A DNA stretch of 64,000 nt. Origin: Bugula neritina (taxonomy: Eukaryota; Animalia; Bryozoa). The first letter of the stretch is position 1, and every line of letters starts with the position of its first letter. Position numbers and translations under genes: made by a program. The notes beneath the pieces were generated by a model. That model made no database searches. It was given only the letters and a program-made list of their open reading frames with translations, and was not told the DNA's origin. Shown here in pieces: positions 27,792 to 42,108 of this stretch. The stretch covers positions 15,490,722 to 15,554,721 of the forward strand of contig OZ037766.1 in the NCBI GenBank assembly GCA_964035545.1, written 5' to 3'.

Positions 27792-30700
27792 TCATGGACA
27801 TTTTCTGTGTACAACGCTAGGTCCAAATTCTTCATAGTCACTTTTACTAATCAGCATGTTTTCTCTAAAAGTAGTGAGACTGCCCAGAATAGAGCCACCA
27901 ATCCAAACTGAATATGCTCTTTCTGGGGAAGCTATCACCTGCACCCGCAGTCGACTAGGAAATAAATTCTTCAGCTCTTTTAGCATTCGCTCCTTAAATC
28001 CTAAAACATGCAGCACTAAAAGTACATAAGCAAATCATCAGTTTCATTGCAAAATCTAACATTAAAATGGCTAATTTCATTATACTGTTTATATAACATA
28101 TAATTATATTACTTTACTTCACACTATAACGCTAGTATAATCCCAAAGTAGAAAACATCATGCTTAAAAATAGAAGTTTGATTTTTGCAACAGAAAATTT
28201 TTAGGACTGGCCCACAATATACTGTACATTATAGTAAAGAGTTAATGACAAACCTGGGAACATAGAAGATCCACCACCTAACATAACGTTGCAGCTAATA
28301 TCTGGCCTCGTGTCTATGGCACAAGACATTATACTATTATAAACCATTTCATGCAAACCTTCAGTATTCACTCCTGCAAAATATAAATGTGGGGTGTGCA
28401 TCATATTACAAATCTTATTATTAGCAGTATTTATAAGTCCTATATTATTATCATAAGTAAGAGCTCTTTATTGTTTTTTAAAAGCAAAATATAGAAAGGT
28501 AAGAGAAATAGTTATCAATTCAAAAACATGCTACACAAATTAAATCTAAATGCAAAAATTATATGAGAAAGTTTTGATAGTAATTTAGCAGTCGCGCGCT
28601 TAAAAGACACCATAAACTTTCAGCAAAAGTAAGCCTGAAGTCCAAGTGAACTCTATTGACCTAAAGAATCAAATTTTTTTGAAATTCTGTTTATCCATAA
28701 TATAGTAGCACATTAGTTTCAAGCTTCCAGCTCAAATAAATACGGACCAATAAACTTGGCAATGCTTCAACTGTAAGAAATCTCTGATGATACTATGCGA
28801 GATTCTTGACAGCAATAATTTGTAAAGAACTGCTGTTGAACTAAACACACCCATTAATGATGGCTGAAACAGACATTCTGGAACTTTACACCGTTCAGAG
28901 TTCAGTTTAATAGTTGAACCATCTGGAAGTTCGTAAGAATTCTCTGTAGCAGACAAACTAGTTGATGAAGTCATTTCCTTCTCAAAATCTAGTGCAGTAT
29001 AGCACAACTTCTCTTTTATATTCTTAACAATTTCCAACTCGGCTAAAATTTAGAGTATAATATGTACTTGGTAAAAGCATATTCTCATTTATATAACCAG
29101 TAAATTGCACTGTAGCATGAACAAAGAAAGGTGAACGTTGATAATTTCTATATAATATTACTAGTTACACAAAATATTATGTAAAATCCATAGAAAATTT
29201 TGAAAGGTATAAACTTAAAAAAGTGCGAAATAATTAATCAATAAAAAGGTTGGGAGTCTGCCTACTGATAAAGTGTAGTTGTCTCCCCATTGTATCATAT
29301 ATATGTATGTTTGACATGAGTAAAATAAGTGTGATGCCTACTAAATTTTACTCTGCAATGTCTCTAGCCTCTAAATATTATATTCAAATATAAAAAAGTA
29401 TTCCATTACAAAGCTTTATTCTTTTCCCGACAGCTAACCTAGTAAAAATTATCAACAAATTTTATACTCAATTCAATCAGTAGCAATAAATGATAAAACA
29501 ATAGCGCATAGATTTGTGATAAAATTGATAGTGATATTCAATAGTTAGCTACTTGCATTTTCATTATTTATTATGATTATATAACTGTTTTAATTTATGT
29601 TAGAATTATGTACCAAAGGAAGTTGAACCATAATTTTCTTTTATTAACTTTTGAAAAATATTTGAATACAATCATTTGATTGAAAGCATTATGGAATCAG
29701 ATATCGTTTAATTGTTAGTTCAGTTAAAGGAAAGTGTTGCACGCAACAAACACTCAATTTCTGTTGACTGTTTATTAACTTATCTATTAAATGCATCATT
29801 CCAGATTAATTACGTCCTCTGCCTAGCTGAAAAAACTCGCATAACAAAATTTGTCCACTGACGCAGGTTTGTCTCCATAATAAACTCACAAAAGCTCTAA
29901 TAATCAGCCTTTTTGACAAAAGAGTAAAACATGTCAGCTTCATGCTACTTTACATACACTAGTAATGCAAGCAGTATCAAAACCTCACCAGGAGTAGTAA
30001 AGGTGCACCCTTGACTACCCAGCAGGGAAGCCATATATGAAGTGAGGTCTCCCCCTCCAAAGTCTACTCTTCTGATAGATTGGGGCTGGATGCGACCTGC
30101 AACATTGTTATACGACACATTAGTGTATGTGTTGCGACAACCACTGCAACAGAATGTGTAAAGAATCCATGTCCATCCTATAGTCATTTTTTGATAAAAC
30201 TAAACTTAAAACAACAAATTCACCTGAAAATAACATGCTTAAAATATATTGACACAATTATGATAGATGAGTGCTAAAATAAAAAATGATTAAAGCAGGA
30301 TTTTGAATTTTGCAAAAATATATAGAAAAACAAAGTTACCCTTTAATATTGGAAACAACTAAAAGTTAAATCTTTTCACAAACCACAATGAAAGCAGATT
30401 ATCTTATCCTTGCACAAAATTCAACACCTTATAGCTTGTGAAGAGCGGAGCGTCACCAAAGAAACAATCTTGCCTTGAATGTTACCAAAAGTTAACCTAA
30501 ACTTGCACATCAAGTTACTGTTTCAACAGTAACTATATTATACATTATGATTTAAAAAAATATAAATTAACTATACCCAAAAATCTTGTTTATGTCTCAA
30601 GTTTTTAAAGTTAATGATTTGATTTTAATTTGAAAATGGAACATTTTCTATCTGAGATTTCAGAGTGGCCAAATATTTCTACTACAACGCAGTTTGTATT

Positions 30701-32235
30701 AAAAACATAAATGGTAATCTAATAAAATTATTATATAATAATCACAGAAATTGCTTTGAATAATTCCTGATTCCTTTAGAGCGTGTCACTTAGCAGTCAA
30801 GGCGTGTCACTAAGCTTAGGGCCACACTGTGCGAATTTTCGCATGCGAAAATTTAAACCACGGGTAGCAAAGGTGTCCACTGTATGCGTTGAAAAAACAT
30901 TCGCACTTGTCGCTCATCATTCTGAACGCAAGTGCGAATCGTCTCTGTCGTTGTCACCTAATTGGTTGGTAGTTATTTAGCGAGCCCAATTATTTTAGTT
31001 TAGTGCCACATTTCAGTAAACTGCATTTTATTGAAAGCGAGTGCGATTTAAAAATGAAAACTTCATTTATCCCGCACTTGTAGCCATAGCAACAAGGCGA
31101 GCAGTAAAGTTAAATGCAAATATTATTAGCTAGTAGTTTTTTAATCTCACTGACGCTACAGTGGACACCTTTGCTACTTGTGGTTTTAATTTTCGCATGC
31201 GAAAATACGCACAGTGTGGCCCTAGGCTTAGCAGTCAAGGCGTAACATAATATCCAGTAAGTCATTTCCCTTCAAAATACAAAAGAATAGTGCAAGGCTC
31301 AAATAATCTGCTTTCATTATGGTTGGCATAAAACAGAGCAGTTAACCCAGGTTATGCGTGTATGGGTTACATTATGGCAAACTAGCATAGCATTGCTAGA
31401 AGAAAAGCAACTATTGTACTAAATAATAGTTAAACTTGAAAGACCGAAAAGTTCATTAAAATAATATGCCTGCCATTTATAAGGCATTATCTTTAAATTT
31501 ACTGTCAGCACTAATATAGCAGAAGCACTGTAGTTACTACCTTCATAAATAGGAGCAACATGAGACACGCCCGCACCACAGTCAAGAGTAATGGCGGACA
31601 CTCTGCCAAATGTATACATTGATAAGATGTCCTGTAGAGCCACATACAGATACGAACAGTTATAGGCCTCAAACATAACCTGAGCCATCATTTCCCGATT
31701 AGCTTTAGGGTTTAAAGGAGGCTCTGCCAGTAATATGGGACATACATCTGGACTATACGCATCGCCCACTTTGAGAAATGTATAATCCCAAACCTTCTGC
31801 ATATCTTCCCAGTTAGTTACAATGCCACGTTTTATTGGATAACTCAAAGACACTATCTCTCTTCTCTGTTGAGCCTCATCTCCAATGTACACTTCGCGTG
31901 ATTTAACAGCATCCTGTGACAAACATGAAATCACAGTGCAAGTGTTGAATACAAATAACAAGCATTATTAGTTTCTCTAATTGAAAATTAACTTCAAAGC
32001 TAATGAAGTAACTTGATAACATAACATACTGTCTGTAATAACACTATGTAGCATAAGAAACAGAGTTTTCAATTTACTCATTTATAAAGTTCAATACTTT
32101 AATTACCTCATTATCTTGTTTGCCAACAACTGTTGAAAACAAGATACTTGGTTCATCATCTCCAGCCAGGCCAGCTTGTGTTGTTCTAGATCCGTTATCA
32201 ATGACTAAAACTCCTGGATAGTCACTAACACTCAT
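27792..32235 (-). CDS. Highly divergent actin-like protein (actin A), 6 exons, about 376 aa
   Basis: Exons 32235-32107, 31913-31541, 30096-29989, 29042-28851, 28373-28254, 28000-27792, all GT-AG and in frame (1131 nt). Motifs [38 protein letters not shown]; ends HRKCP. Confidence 0.9.
30814..31227. mobile_element. MITE (PIF/Harbinger-Tourist-like), copy 1, in intron 2 of actin A
   Basis: About 70-bp TIRs GC(C/T)TAGGGCCACACTGTGCG..TTTTCGCATGCGAAAA..TAGCAAAGGTGTCCACTGT; flanked by TAA/TTA; homologous to 41764-42108. Confidence 0.85.
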
Positions 32236-32439
32236 CTATAATAAATGTGCATATTAAAATTTTCATAATTTAGTATCTCTGTCATTGCTCTTGAGCCACT
32301 GTGTAGAAAGCTTATTTGGCTCAGCGAGAAAATTATCAAAACTAGTTCAATAATACTCAACAATATAATTAGAGTATATTTGATATATAAATACTTTTGA
32401 GTAAAAAGTATTTTGCAGTGATAATTTTTATAATTTATC

Positions 32440-33250
32440 AATGATTACGTGTCTAAACCTATAGTGATAGTTATACTAGAGGCATAGCCATGGTGATAGC
32501 ATAAGTAACCGTAATCATTTAATCAGTTAATGGTATAGCTATAGTTATACTATAATCTTTTGGTTTACGTATAATAAGTTTAACAGTATTAGTATTATAA
32601 ATACAATGATAATTATGATAATCATAATGATTATAGTTGTCATATTTATAATTGTGATAATCTCAAAAACATTAACAATAACTATAAGTATCTGTAAAAC
32701 TAAAAGTAAATGTAATCATCATAATAAGCATAATATTAATAATAATATACTTATAGTGTTAAACATTTATATTAATAATTATAATCAAGTTGAATATAAC
32801 TAATCATTATAATAATTAATACTTGTATCAATTTGAATAATAATAAAATCAATATTTTATTTATATTATAATACCTAATACTAAATTTAATAGAAATCTG
32901 TATTACTATTAATCTATTATTATCAATCACAAAAATCAAAATAGCTATGTCTGTGACTATAGTAACTGTAAGACTAAGTGAGTAACTGTAACACTAATTG
33001 ACACTGTATAGTGTAACACTAACTTACATTTTACGGTTACACTTACATTAAGTCTAACAGTAACACTTTCAGTTACACTTACATCTTACGTACTGTTACT
33101 GTTAGTCATTAGTGTTAGTGTTACACTTAGTCTTACTGTAGTCGTAGACGTAGTCTGTAACTCAAACTGTAAGTGTAAGTAATAAGCAATTAAATATCGG
33201 TAAATAGTAAACTCACAAATCATCAATGACAATAACTATAAGATTAAGTA
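32440..33250. repeat. AT-rich degenerate simple-repeat / low-complexity tract
   Basis: (ATA)n-, (ACAYTT)n- and (GTTAGT)-like degenerate short repeats; gives the spurious Ile/Asn-rich ORF 32606-32803. Confidence 0.6.
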
Positions 33251-34789
33251 TATAAAATTATTTTCACCCCATGCACTGACTATAACATTAATGTTTTTAT
33301 CATTTATGTTTTATAATAATTATCACTGTGAATTGTGATGGTTTCTCTCACCATTAGATGCAGTGTCGGTGCGAAGCTACAAAATTATTTTGCTGTCATG
33401 GCTCGTGTTTTGTTAACATTTTACGACTTTTATGGCCGTTACGCATAATCTACGCTCCAACCATTATTGTCATTTAGTGAATACATGGTTAAAATTGAGC
33501 AATTTATCAAGTTTGAAACTCGCTAGATGCAAAACACAAGTTGGAGCCATTGAGTATCTCGATTTTCGAGCTGAAGTTTCGAGTTCTATTGTGTATACAG
33601 ACACCGCACTCAATGACTACAAACTTGGTATTGCATCTAGCGATCCCTCATAGTTATTAGCAGACCATTGGAATACATCTATTATCAGATTATTAATTAT
33701 ATTACCATGCTCTATTTCAGTGTACCCAATAAATAGGGCAACTCCATTATTCAAAGCCAACACTGTTTTTAATAGTTTTACTTTCAGTTTGGCACTCTGT
33801 GCATCTATTTCCTTCCATAATTGAAGTTCTGTGCATATACTGCTATCACTATAATTATTTTAATCCTGTAGACTGTTGCGATTGCATCAAACATTTTACT
33901 CAAGTCGCTATAATCTGTCTTTGAGTAAATGAGGAGAGAATGCAGACAACAATCTTCAGTATAGACAAGAGTTCACATTGCTAAAAATATTTAACTATCA
34001 ATAAATAATGATACTAGTACTGAAAGTTAAACAAAGTGAACAGTAGACTTACAGGATTGTTTTTACTTATCCGAATGACTTTTCTCTTCAAAAAACATTT
34101 AAGTGAATTTTACATCATTGTTATTGTTATATATTGGAATTTTCAATTATTGGTCAACCCACCAAGTAAGAGTTTATTGTATTTTTACGCTGTTACTTGG
34201 CTTTGCTGTGAAATTAGCTTCATGCAGCCCTTATTTTGATCTGTAGAAGCAGTAAGGTCTCAAAGTCAGGGTATTCATCTGATAGTGTAATTTATGATCC
34301 TGGGCTGAGCCCTCACTATAAGCACACCCTAACATTTCCTAAACTTTTTATTCGTTCACAATTTATATAGCTCAATCTATATCTTCTCTTGATATAGGCC
34401 TATACACTCTATGCTACATCTCTATTCTCTATAGTTGCATAATTTATTCTATCTAATTCTACCTATCCATTATATTTACACTTTTTTATTCCGCTCTCTT
34501 ATATACCATCATATTAATTATAGCCCAACCTTAGTGTAGGGCCACACGACGCGTTTTACACGAGCGTGACGTGCGATAAATCCCATGATCTTACATGCAC
34601 AACAATATGTTCTGAAAAATGTTCTCTCAATTAAGTGTATAATAATTATAAAATCACAATATTTGCAATATTTGCAATATTTGCAAATATTGCGACCATT
34701 TGCAGATTTATGTTCATTCACAGAACGTAGTGATTATATATGAGATATTTAGTCTATGCCAATTCTGCTGCAAATAAATTTGTATATGA

Positions 34790-35360
34790 GTTGTGACCAG
34801 TGCAGCACTTCCTGGCTTTCATGCTCTACCAGGTTGTGATTTGATTAGCACTTTTATGAAAAAAGAAAGTGACCAGTTTACTCCTTCTTGCAAAAACATT
34901 CAGAATGTACTATAAGCTTTGAACAGCTTAGAAAGTATACTCTAAGTCACAACTGCAACTAATTAGATAGAAAAGTTTGTAAATAAGCGTAGATGATGTT
35001 TGATATGCTGTATTCTGTCCTCTAACAAAGATGGCTCAATAAAATTAAAATTTGCAGCTTTCTCCACAAAAAGTGAACTTATGCTGCATGTAAAATATTT
35101 ATCAGACAGCTGCCTAGAAAAGGCAACAATTGCCTTTGTCAATGCATTATTTCCAGAATATTATGAGTAAAAATTGTTGATAATGGCAGCATGATCACTA
35201 CAAAATGACTGACTCAAGCTATTGTGCCCAAAAATGCATTGTACAACATAATATACTGCTGCCGTAGAGCCAGTTGCAATACATCCTGATGTGAATGTCA
35301 GAAATCTCAAATGCAGTGCACTGGTGTATGTCAATGCAAGGATTGTCTAAACAGAACATA
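34790..35360 (+). pseudogene. Decayed DNA-transposon ORF (XPG-like nuclease motif + Cys-rich zinc finger, Academ-like)
   Basis: Fragments with stops and frameshifts, in order: AALPGFHALPGCDLISTF (34802), SELMLHVK..YQTAA*KR, PEYYE*, IYCCRRASCNTS*CECQKSQMQCTGVCQCKDCLN (35251-35352). The host element may extend about 34530-36130. Confidence 0.6.
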
Positions 35361-36443
35361 CTTTTGGAGAAAAATACGTAAATGAAATTAATGGTAGTAA
35401 TAATGATTGTAAGAAAACTTTATACAATGAAGCACTGTGTTGAAACATTTGTTATATAATTTGCTTTAAACAAGAAATTTTACATTATATGTTTTAATCA
35501 TCCCCATATTTTTGTGATTTCAAAATACATTTACATAATCTTGTTCCTTTTTTACAGATATTTAGTGATTACCACACCAGATCAATAGAAGACTCAATTG
35601 GTCGGTGCTCAAAAGATTTCAACATGTATTGATAATATATATTTTTTATACATTCAATTCTTTGACACATCAGCATAAAAAGCTTTCGATCTTGCACAAC
35701 TAGCTTCTTTCATATACTTATTATGTATGCTTCTGTCAAATGTTATGTGTCATTCATATAGCAAACATGTGTTTCTATGGACAACTTGGTTTTGAATTAA
35801 AATAGTGTTTTGCAATTTGCAAATCCAGAATCAGTGTAGAATTTTAAAAAAGAAGCAACAAATTTTGGTTTCTCACCAAATATTGTTGTTTATAGACAGC
35901 TAGTTAATAGTGAATGTTATTTTGCACGAGCCACATTTATTTTTATTACCCATCCAAGATGTTGACTTGTTTTTTTTAGAATAACTTGAGTTTGGATAGA
36001 GATAGAGTTTTAGAGTTTGTAAATTCAGAATCAGCACAAACTTTTGATTTAGAATCAATATTTTGAGTGACTACCTAGTAAAGTTTAATAAGTTAATTTT
36101 TTGAGCATTTTTGGGAGGCTACTTCTATACTATATGTAATGATGCCTGATATATCCACGCCTATAATACATCATACTACCAATATTTGAGGGTACGTGAG
36201 TGTTGCTACAAAACATGTTTACATGTTTTTATATAAATAGCTTAATGCAGACTGTATAATTTATCGTTAGAAGTATAAAGGCCATTCAAAATTTTGTGAT
36301 TGAAATATAATTGCTACAATGCTGTTGGAAGAATATGTACAAAGTCTCTTGCATAGGAAAAGAAATAAATACATAAGTTACTGTAAAAATATAAAGTATG
36401 ATATTTTATAACGACTATAGCTAACAACTAACATTAAAGTTGC

Positions 36444-39400
36444 TCATAAAAATTTTCTATGCACTATAGAGGGTCCAAATTCATGATAGTCTGCTTTGTT
36501 TATCCACATTTGTTGAAAAGTTGAAAGTGATGCTAAAAACGATCCTCCTATCCATACTGAATATTTTCTTTCAGGTGGTGCAACTACTTTAGGTTTCATT
36601 GAAGGTGGACTTAACTTTTTAATCTCTTTTTGCAACCGATTTTCAAAATCTGCAACAAAACGCATTAAATCTAAAAAAATTGCACAGAACTGAAAAAATA
36701 GTTTATTCAATTAGTGAATGAAGTAAAGTGATTTTCTATGCCATTTTATCAAAGAAATATACGTCAGTTTTAACAAGTGTTGGAGAAGACAAATGCATAT
36801 TTAGCCATTTGATAATATATACTGGTATTACATTGTATGTTGCAATACCAATATAGAAACTTTATGGAATTATTACTTTTTTCCTTTTACTTCAATAAGA
36901 AACCTGCATAACAGTTATTAGAGCAAGGGCTGTAATTTTGTGAAAATAACAAAGTGGTATAGTAGATAAAGAAAAATGTAAGATTAATTAAACTAGGCTG
37001 TTCACATTTATAATAAGTTTTAAAAAATGTTTTAAAAGAGTTTTCGTTAAAAGATGTTAACTCTAGAAAGTGAACGGTCTGCATATATATTCCTTTACAC
37101 TCTTACAAGAACAAAATCTAGAAGTTTACATTTCATGAATAATACGCAGTTTGAGAGCCACAAAACTTTATCTAAACTGTTTAATTATTATATATATTTT
37201 TCAACTTAATTTTTTCTAACACTTTAAAAAGCAGATATTTACACAAGAATTCAGTTAAAGTGAAGCCAACTTGCTATAAGCCACGTGTATTGAATAGTAT
37301 ATGTCATATGTTGACCAACCAGGAAACATAGTAGATCCTCCAGAGAGAATGATGCTAGAGTAGAGTATACTCCTCAAGTCAATGTCACAGCTTTTAATAC
37401 TTTGATAAACCATTTTATGTATTCCCTCGTGTTCGATACCTATTTAAGAAGTAGAAGATACAGTAAGGAGGTTGCACTAGCTTTAACTGGTCATCAATTA
37501 TTTTGACCTGCTTTACCGATTTCAGTTTACACACAAGCAGTTGCAGGTCATAATGATGCATATATGTGTTAAATCAATTACATTAATTTTAGACTAATTT
37601 CCGTTTACTTATAACTTAAAGTCTCAGTATCAGAGTTGCTTTGTAATAATATCTTCACTGAGTAATCTTCATATGTTTTTATATAATTAGATTTTTGCCA
37701 TCGAACACATGGTTTTTAGTTATCTTAAAGTTGGAAGGTACATTTTTATAAAGTGGCCAAAAATGTCCACTACTTTTTAAGGACTATAACAGAGTGGTGC
37801 TTACCTATCATTGATGGTTGAAACAAACACTCGGGCACTTGAAATTGCTCACTATCAAGTGTCACAACATTACCATCTGGCAACTCATAAGTTCTGCTTA
37901 CATTATCGTAGCAAGATGCAGTAACCAGTTCTTCTTCATAATCTAATGCTGTGTAGCACAACTCCTCTTTCACGTCTTTAACAATTTCAATCTCAGCTAG
38001 TGTTTAAAAAAGCAGTTAGTAAGCATGTATCAAAGCCGAAACTTTTTTATACTTTCAGTCTTTAATTTGACTTATATAATTTACAGATACAACTTTCTAA
38101 AGATGTTCAATAATAATATTTACAAAGTTACAAATGTCTGGTATTGATAATTTGATAATTGATAGTTAGCTGTCTATATATTTTTCTTCCAATCATTCAA
38201 GGTTTGGTAAAATAATTTTAATATGGTGTTGATATTTAGAAGTATCTTACAGGTTAGCTATCAACTTGTATTGGATTTACCTTACTAATCAGAGCATTTG
38301 CTATAACTTAAAGCATTGCAACTACCCTCCCAGCAACTTTCTTTCAACTAGAATATTTTAGATCAGAAAGCCTTGGAAAACACTAAGTTTACCTGTCGTA
38401 GTAAAATTGTGCCCTTTTCCTTTTAGCAACTTCGCTAAATGCAATGTTAGGTCACGTCCAGCCATATTAAATCTTTTAATTCCTTGTAGCACTGTATAGC
38501 CTTAAATGGTATAATTTTGTAGACTGGCAATTTTATTTTCAGCTTTATGTAAAAATTCGTTACTTATTTTATTGCTGATGCATGCTATGCGGTTATATGA
38601 TTACATAATTTTTAATAGCCTAGCGCAATAAAATCGACAAAAAGTGAATACAATCTGAATATAACTTGAATCAACATGCATAAAAATTGAATCGTCAAGT
38701 TCACATCAAACTTAAATAGTGTAGTACATGGCATGATAATCAATTACCTTCATATATTGGAATGGTGTGTGAGACGCCCTCACCGCAATCAAATAGCACT
38801 CCAGATCCCCTGCCACAACTAAATAAAGAAAGTAATCCTTCCATAGCCACATACATGGCTGGTGAGTTGAAAGTTTCAAACATAACTTCAGCCATTTTTT
38901 CTCTGTTAGCCTTAGGATTAAATGGGGCTTCAGTGATTAGGGTAGGGTGTTCTTCAGGTTTTACCCTTAACTCATTGTAGAATGTGTGGTGCCAGATCTT
39001 TTCCATGTCATCCCAGTTTGTTACAATGCCACATTTTACTGGGTATTCTAAAAATAGAATCCCTCTCTTCTTTTGAGCTTCATCTCCTATAAAAGAGGCT
39101 CTTTCCATCCCAACCAAAACAGCCTATAGAATTTATTTAATAACCAGAATCCAATTTCTGATTATCTTAGAAAATGAAATTATACAAAATATTTTTATAT
39201 ATTGAACCCTATTATTTGTGGATTAAAGCACAGCATATTTGAAAATTAATTACACGAGAGAAAAAGAGTTCAAGTTTATTCAGCTTTTCTGCTACATTTT
39301 TTGTACTTCATTCAGCAATCATGTTGTAAGTAAATTTTATTTGTAATTGGTCAATATTTGGTTAAACTTGCTGAGACAGAGACTAACTTACAGGGTGTTT

Positions 39401-39517
39401 TGGTTTGCCGATAACTGAAGGAAACACAGTTCTTGGTGCATCATCCCCAGCAAATCCCGCTTTCATATTTTCTGATCCATTGTCAATAACCAGCGCTGGA
39501 GTTTCATCATCACACAT
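36444..39517 (-). CDS. Divergent actin (actin B), 6 exons, about 375 aa
   Basis: Exons 39517-39392, 39123-38748, 38500-38393, 37996-37805, 37439-37320, 36649-36444 (1128 nt, in frame). Starts [15 protein letters not shown], ends PSIVHRKFL. Confidence 0.93.
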
Positions 39518-41763
39518 TTTAAGTGCACTTAATGTTGTAGTCTCTACAACAGAAAACATCACTGCTTCACTATTGTTCATTGAAATCGAAAGTAAAAATG
39601 ACTAAGCAGGTAACGAAAGAATTTTGTTTTAAAAATGGTGTAGTTGACCTTCATAGAATTCTATGAAGGCTCATAAAGTTTCAGAGAGCTTTTTGTAGAA
39701 ACTTTACTAAATATGTGATAAAGTAATGATCAACCATATTGAATAAATGTTAATTTTTTTATACAGCCTAGCGGTGTAGTGCAGCTACCATGTTTGGTTT
39801 CATTGGTTTCAAGAGCCGCAAGTCTTGACTGATGCCATAAATAGCAATGTGAAAACTATAATGAGTCAAACAATATGTTGGTAAACATATGCAAAAATGT
39901 AAAACAAATCACAAAGTTATTTTAAAACCTTATAGCCTCAGTTAATATAATAGTGTAAATCACAGATTTTGTTTTTAGGGTCATGTAAAAATCATCACCT
40001 ATTTTATTGTTCATATAAGTGCTGGTAATAACAGTACTTTCTAACTACAACATATATCTCCCAAATATAGAAAATTGACACCATCCCAGTTACTATTACA
40101 TATTTAAATATATTTTCTAATTTTAACCCAACATGAACATAGTTTTAAACACTGTAGTTATGTGTGGGGAGTTGTTGGAATCTGCATGTATAGTAAATTC
40201 CATAACATTAATTTTCCAAAACGTCACCTGGAATTAAATTTCAGCTGTTTATGCAATTGCTATTGAATCCTAGTTTTTTAATTACTTTTTTTCAACATGT
40301 AAACAAAGATAACAATTGCATCAAAATTTTGCTGTGTACAGCTAATACATGCAAAACTATGTTTTTTTAAATTATAAAATGTTTCCAAAAATATTTGCAA
40401 CAAAACAAACTATGATTTCTGATTCTTAATATGCATACATTCTGTGTATAAAATCTGTGTAAAAACCTATAAAAAAATTCAACTAACTTAAGAAATTATA
40501 CACCTAAAAGTTGTGAAAATGTTTGTATAAAATTATTACTGAATAAAATGTAAAATATCATATAGGACATATTTGTCCCCTTGATCACGCAACGGTTAAA
40601 TAGTCAAGACTGTTTTTGACTCAGTTTATAGTTGACTAAATAACATTATACTGTAAGATAGGCATGTTTCAGTGATGGTCTACCTGTTATAGCACTATGT
40701 GTATGGTTGGGAAATCCTGTATACCAAAAATTAAGTTATCAATACTGTATCAACAATGAATGTTCTTTTATATATATTCTATATTATATGATCTATATTC
40801 TATAACCTATATTCTATAATCTATGTTATATAATATATCATCTATAATCTTTATTCTATAATGCATATTCTATGTACCCAATTTATATTCGACAATCTAC
40901 AACACAAAGAGAAGTAGTTAAAGCAGAAGATTTTTATAAACATTTACTTTGCTATTTGCTCACTTGAGGCTTTAGCCATGGCTTAAATTGAAATGAATTT
41001 GAATTCCTATTGATTATGAAAAACTACATAAAAATAGTGTAGTGTTGACTTACTTACAAACTTAGTAGATTCTGACCTTCTTGATTATTGATATCACAGT
41101 TTACCACTGCATGATTGTTGAAATTGTGACCTTAAATAAGCGGACTCTACCAAGTTGCACACAAGTTTAATAGGCTCTTTGATTGTGATGAAAGAACCCT
41201 GCGCTCCTATTGACTTACATTCCATACTCATAAAATAATGAAGTGTAAGTTCTGTCAAAGCTGAAAATAACTCACTTACCTTGTACTAAAACCAATCCAC
41301 TAGTTGTAGTAGAGAATATGATTTTCACGATTGTAGCAGTACACTATATGTATTGGATATTAAACTATGATGAGTGAGAGCAACTTGAAGCTTTATCATA
41401 GTGTTGTACTATCAGTAAGCATTATTCAGAATGTACTGAATATAAGGGTTTACTAGTCATACTACTGTAAATGCATTACATAGTAGGTACTATACATGTC
41501 AGTGTTGCAATAACCCTACGCAATAAATGGTATTCATAAAGTTCCAGTTCAATAAACATATTCAATACTTAATTTTGTGAAATGAATCAGGCTTCAGTTA
41601 GAGTGATGACACAACTCTTTATAACAAAACTCTCAACGGGCAAGTAAACTAGCAAATCAAAACACATGTGATACAAAATAAGCTACAAAGTTAAACTAGC
41701 CAAGCTGTTAGTGAAATGTGGTGCTGCTGTAGCTATACGCTATACGCTATAGGCCATGTGTTA

Positions 41764-42108
41764 GCCTAGGGCCACACTGTGCGTATTTTCGCATGCGAAA
41801 ATTGAAACCACAAGTAGCAAAGGCGTCCACTGTAGCGTCAGTGATGCATGATAAGATAAAGCTTTCATTTTTAAATCGCACTCGCTTTCAATAAAACGCA
41901 ATTTACTGGAATTTAGCACTAAAATAAAGAAATTGGGCTCGCTGAATAACTACCAGCCAATTAGGTGACGACGACAGAGACGATTCGCACTTGCGTTGAA
42001 AATGCAGAGCGACAAGTGCGAACGTTTTCTCAACGCGCACAGTGGACACCTTTGCTACTTGTGATTTCAATTTTCGCATGCGAAAATACGCACCGTGTGG
42101 CCCTAGGC
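41764..42108. mobile_element. MITE copy 2 (same family as 30814-31227, opposite orientation)
   Basis: TIRs GCCTAGGGCCACAC...GTGTGGCCCTAGGC with a perfect TTA target-site duplication; internal sequence is the reverse complement of copy 1 with an internal deletion. Confidence 0.88.

Noticed and set aside
39518-39580. 21-aa in-frame N-terminal extension of actin B ([12 protein letters not shown]...)
   Set aside because: A good acceptor (ttttctgttgtag) lies between these ATGs and the canonical MCDDE start, so they are probably intronic
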